64,000 nucleotides of DNA from Macrostomum hystrix (lineage: Eukaryota; Animalia; Platyhelminthes): contig CATNEN010000038.1 of assembly GCA_950097015.1 (NCBI GenBank), positions 5,704,001-5,768,000 on the forward strand. Reading direction: 5' to 3'. A program made the translations under genes and the position numbers. The notes below the pieces were generated by a model. That model was given only the letters and a program-made list of their open reading frames with translations, had not been told where the DNA came from and made no database searches. Shown here one piece after another: positions 61,751 to 64,000 of this stretch. Positions within the stretch are counted from its first letter, which is position 1. Each line of letters opens with the position of its first letter.

Positions 61751-62303
61751 ATTGCCCGCCCATCACACACATACATACAATGAAACATACCGAGGATCTA
61801 CGTTATTATCACGTTTTGGTACTTCACTATACCTGTGCCAGTATTAGCAGCCGCAGCCCCCATATGTCTAATAATTTCACAACCTTGTCTAGTGTAAAAA
61901 TGAATTTCAGTGCTGCTGCTAGTGGTATACAATTAGTTGCAGCATCGGCTTTTGTCTGCCTAGCACACCCTACTAGCATGATAAAAGTATGTCTGATGCC
62001 GCGACAACAATGCACAATCTAGCTAACTCAATTCTTTCTACCTTTTTAGTAAATTCTGCTGCTATAATGTAGCTCTTGGTAATTGCTTTTTGGAATTTCG
62101 TCAACATCTTTTTGATCCGCCAGTGTAAAACGCATGAGCGGCAGGATCTAGCACATTTTTACAGTTGAAGCTAAAACTCTAGAATCGAAATAACCCCAAT
62201 TGAAAAATTATCCGCATGCCTTCAGCAATCAGCAGCAGATTGACCAGAACAGCAGCCCTGGTCACACTTCTCACACAATTACTGCTGCCTGGTGAGTTTT
62301 TTT

Positions 62304-63288
62304 CTGTTCTCAGCTTCAGTCACACTTCCCAAACTGTTCTCAACTTCAGTCACTCTTCCCAAACTGTTCTCAGCTTCAGTCACTCATCCCAAACTGTTCT
62401 CAGCCTCAGTCACTCTTCCCAAACTGTTCTCAGCTTCAGTCACACTTCCCAAACTGTTCTCAGCTTCAGTCACACTTCCAAAACTGTTCTCAGCTTCAGT
62501 CACTCTTCCCAAACTGTTCTCAGCTTCAGTCACTCTTCCCAAACTGTTCTCAGCTTCAGTCACACTTCCCAAACTGTTCTCAGCTTCAGTCACTCTTCCC
62601 AAACTGTTCTCAGCTTCAGTCACACTTCCCAAACTGTTCTCAGCTTCAGTCACACTTCCAAAACTGTTCTCAGCTTCAGTCACACTTCCCAAACTGTTCT
62701 CAGCTTCAGTCACTCTTCCCAAACTGTTCTCAGCTTCAGTCACACTTCCCAAACTGTTCTCAGCTTCAGTCACACTTCCCAAACTGTTCTCAGCTTCAGT
62801 CACACTTCCCAAACTGTTCTCAGCTTCAGTCACACTTCCCAAACTGTTCTCAGCTTCAGTCACTCTTCCCAAACTGTTCTCAGCTTCAGTCACTCTTCCC
62901 AAACTGTTCTCAGCTTCAGTCACTCTTCCCAAACTGTTCTCAGCTTCAGTCACACTTCCCAAACTGTTCTCAGCTTCAGTCACTCTTCCCAAACTGTTCT
63001 CAGCTTCAGTCACTCTTCCCAAACTGTTCTCAGCTTCAGTCACTCTTCCCAAACTGTTCTCAGCTTCAGTCACTCTTCCCAAACTGTTCTCAGCTTCAGT
63101 TACACTTCCCAAACTGTTCTCAGCTTCAGTCACTCTTCCCAAACTGTTCTCAGCTTCAGTTACACTTCCCAAACTGTTCTCAGCTTCAGTCACACTTCCC
63201 AAACTGTTCTCAGCTTCAGTCACTCTTCCCAAACTGTTCTCAGCTTCAGTCACTCTTCCCAAACTGTTCTCAGCTTCAGTCACTCTTG
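62304..63288 (-). repeat. Same 30-bp minisatellite in inverted orientation, right arm
   Basis: (TCTTCCCAAACTGTTCTCAGCTTCAGTCAC)n is the exact reverse complement of the left-arm unit. Confidence 0.97.
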
Positions 63289-63777
63289 CTAAACAGTCCC
63301 CAGTTATCCAGTTTTTCCTAAATTTAGTAATTAAGCATGTTAACGTTCCCTCTTACAGATATTATGGCTGGCTGAATGTAATTTATAGCGTACTGCTCTT
63401 TATCCTGCCTATTACTCAAAAAAGTTTCGCTGTATGTGTGATTCGTGCATCGCTCCTAGGCACACGTCAATACAAAGCGTTGGACTTAAAATTGAAACTC
63501 AATTCCTTCCGGTAGGTTAGGTCTGATATACTAGAAAAAAGTTTACAGTAGACATGGGGTTTGCTATTGTACAGCTTAACAATGCACCCAAAGCCTGAGA
63601 GCGTGAGGGCTTCTTGCAAGGGTCAGAGAAATTTCGCTACGAAGATTTCTGTCGATTTATTTTTAACTGATGAAAAAAGAGCAAATAATTTAATTTACCT
63701 ACTTACTCAGAGTGAGTAGCAGGCTCTTCTCGCTTAACCCACAATCTCTTTTTCCAGTATTGAATATCAAACTTTTG

Positions 63778-64000
63778 GCGGTGGGTGAAAGAGTGGTTCA
63801 TGCGTTTACCTCCCGCACCAATGTCCCTGATCTCGATTCCGTTGCGAGGCCACATTTATTTGGGGCGCAGCCGCGCTGAGAAGGCTTGGGAGTTTGTCGT
63901 CCAATTTACGCCCTTGAGGGCCAACCTCCAAGGCACAGTGAGACTGTACACTGCTTGACGATGAGAAAGTCAGGGCAGATGTACACATGTGTGAGCGTAT
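63778..64000 (+). mobile_element. Second, diverged copy of SINE family C, cut by the window edge
   Basis: GCGAGGCCACATT..TTTGGGGCG..AGCCG, TTGAGGGCCAACCTCCA..GGCAC and AGAAAGTCAGG..CAGATGTACAC are shared with 61452-61750. Confidence 0.8.

Noticed and set aside
62216-62291. Signal-peptide-like first exon MPSAISSRLTRTAALVTLLTQLLLP with donor GTGAGT
   Set aside because: Splicing to the obvious acceptor (63358) gives a stop after five codons; no supportable CDS within the window.
59397-63515. Long ORFs on both strands (SVTLPKLFSA, VTEAENSLGR)
   Set aside because: Products of the 30-bp arrays.

Overview
Eukaryotic (metazoan) genomic DNA with GC-rich exons, AT-rich intergenic DNA, and introns and spacers packed with 20-54 bp minisatellites. 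The style is most consistent with a free-living flatworm such as Macrostomum; this is an inference, not verified. All nine host genes I can model are on the + strand: an intronless GPI-type alkaline phosphatase, M-Ras, TM2D3/almondex, a C-type lectin-PAN protein, SAS-6, NTPDase5/6, a signal-anchored YccV-domain protein, an LRR-less CCR4-like EEP nuclease, and an orphan type-I membrane protein. Mobile elements: an intact Ty3/Gypsy (Mag-like) LTR retrotransposon with identical 251-bp LTRs and a 5-bp TSD, a decayed Merlin/ISXO2 transposase, an RNase H LINE fragment with a nested tRNA-SINE (12-bp TSD), and two further SINE families. Two signals stand out. (1) TM2D3 and the CCR4-like gene have no usable genomic ATG, but their frames begin exactly at a TTCAG acceptor, so a flatworm spliced-leader AUG would supply the start codon; this fits three candidate two-gene operons. 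(2) Several introns carry tandem arrays built from their own splice junctions, notably 12 perfect copies of a donor-branch-acceptor mini-intron plus about 20 AG|GT sites in M-Ras intron 2. Exon coordinates were derived by hand from GT-AG sites and frame continuity.
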